Source: Octopus sinensis (Eukaryota). From it: a stretch of 49,564 nt of DNA. Shown piece by piece: positions 48,481 to 49,564 of this stretch. Made by a program: the position numbers and the translations under genes. The stretch is from assembly GCF_006345805.1 (NCBI RefSeq), contig NW_021831686.1:1-49564 (forward strand), in the 5' to 3' direction. The notes under the pieces are model-generated. The model did not search any database and was not told the origin of the DNA. It saw only the letters and a program-made list of their open reading frames with translations. Numbering within the stretch: position 1 is the stretch's first letter; each line of letters starts with the position of its first letter.

Positions 48481-48929
48481 GAACAAAAGATAGCCGTAAT
48501 TCACCAAAAGCGGGAGAAATTCATCTGACAAATTAACAATGACAAAAATCTAAGGCAAAAATAAAATGAAAAATACATAGAACCGCATAAAAAAATATAA
48601 AAAATAATAAGGAGAGCAATTTCCTACGTTCAAATTTCAGTGAGAAGTTTTAGCTTCCGGTTTGTATTATTATATATAGTTGATGATAATTAGGGACACT
48701 GAGCAGGCACATACAAAGATTAATAGTCTCGGAGACATTTATATTCATACAAAAATACAAGCACACATACCCCGGTCCAGCAGCTGTGTATACAATCTGT
48801 CTCGTGTGCGCGTGCACATACACATAATGTTCGCACAAGTGCGTGTACACACACACACAAACACAAGCACAGATCTTCACAGATTTGGTTTTCGACACGC
48901 ACACAGTTTCATACAAACAGATATAAGTT

Positions 48930-49161
48930 AGGGGTACATAAACACATCAACTCCGGTTGTCAAGCAGTGGTGGGAGGACAAACACAGACACAAAGATATA
49001 CACACATAAATATATGTACATGTGTGACGGGTTTCTTTCAGTTTCCATATACTAAATCCATTCAAAGTTTTTGTTGGCCCAAGGCTATAGTTGAAGACAC
49101 TTTCCAAAGGTGTTACGCGTTGGGACTGAACCCGGAGCCATATGATTGAGAAGCAACCTTT

Positions 49162-49162
<1 letters not shown>
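48930..49162 (-). mobile_element. Composite SINE (module A plus start of module B), minus strand
   Basis: ggttgtcaagc...gacgggtttctttcagtttcc...gggactgaacccggagccatatg. Confidence 0.75.
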
Positions 49163-49199
<37 letters not shown>

Positions 49200-49243
49200 T
49201 ATATATATATAATATTTGTGTGTGTTGTGTGTGTGTTGTGTGG

Positions 49244-49275
<32 letters not shown>

Positions 49276-49310
49276 GTATGTATGTATGTATGTATGTATG
49301 TATGTATATA

Positions 49311-49564
49311 TACTAGGGAGTACCCAAAGAAACTAGAATTTTGCAATATTATTTTATTCACTTGTTTTACATATTTACACTTTTTTCGCCTTGAAGTAAT
49401 GCATCGGCCCAGACGCGTTTCCACTGTTGGAAGCAGTCGTGAAACTCTTGCTAAGTGATGCCTTTTAGCGTCTCCATTGTGTTTTTCTTCACACACTTCC
49501 ACATTGCAAATTTCGTAGCACCAGCTTTCGTCACCAGTAATGACCTTCGAAAAAGGTCCGGATC
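49311..49564 (-). mobile_element. Tc1/mariner element, internally deleted, right end; continues beyond the window
   Basis: KVITGDESWCY fused directly to a frameshifted C-terminal segment (EFHDCFQQWK..GRCITS); terminal repeat-like end abutting TA. Confidence 0.75.

Overview
Eukaryotic, AT-rich, microsatellite-laden DNA made almost entirely of decayed transposable elements. I found no host gene exon that I can support. The SINE families match, from my recall only, those of coleoid cephalopods (Octopus), so the species is an inference. Recognisable content: four pieces of a Tx1/L1-clade LINE family, one still carrying its 5' end, gag-like ORF1, APE and RT; an ORF1-only (HAL1-like) relative; R4/Dong-clade elements in (TAA)n-type tracts; one long RTE LINE plus RTE fragments; a near-complete Penelope-like element (RT plus GIY-YIG, pseudo-LTRs, 5' inversion); hAT and mariner remnants; many tRNA-derived SINE copies. 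The most notable signal is not named by the ORF track. About a dozen type I hammerhead ribozyme motifs, from at least seven unrelated sequence families, lie in inverted or tandem repeats. Several look catalytically intact, one family carries the compensatory U3-A8 core, and nearly all have a tiny palindromic stem III. Two families also share a structurally conserved double hairpin downstream of the ribozyme. Boundaries of decayed elements are approximate (tens of bp). Ribozyme core coordinates were counted by hand. No alignment, folding or database search was run.
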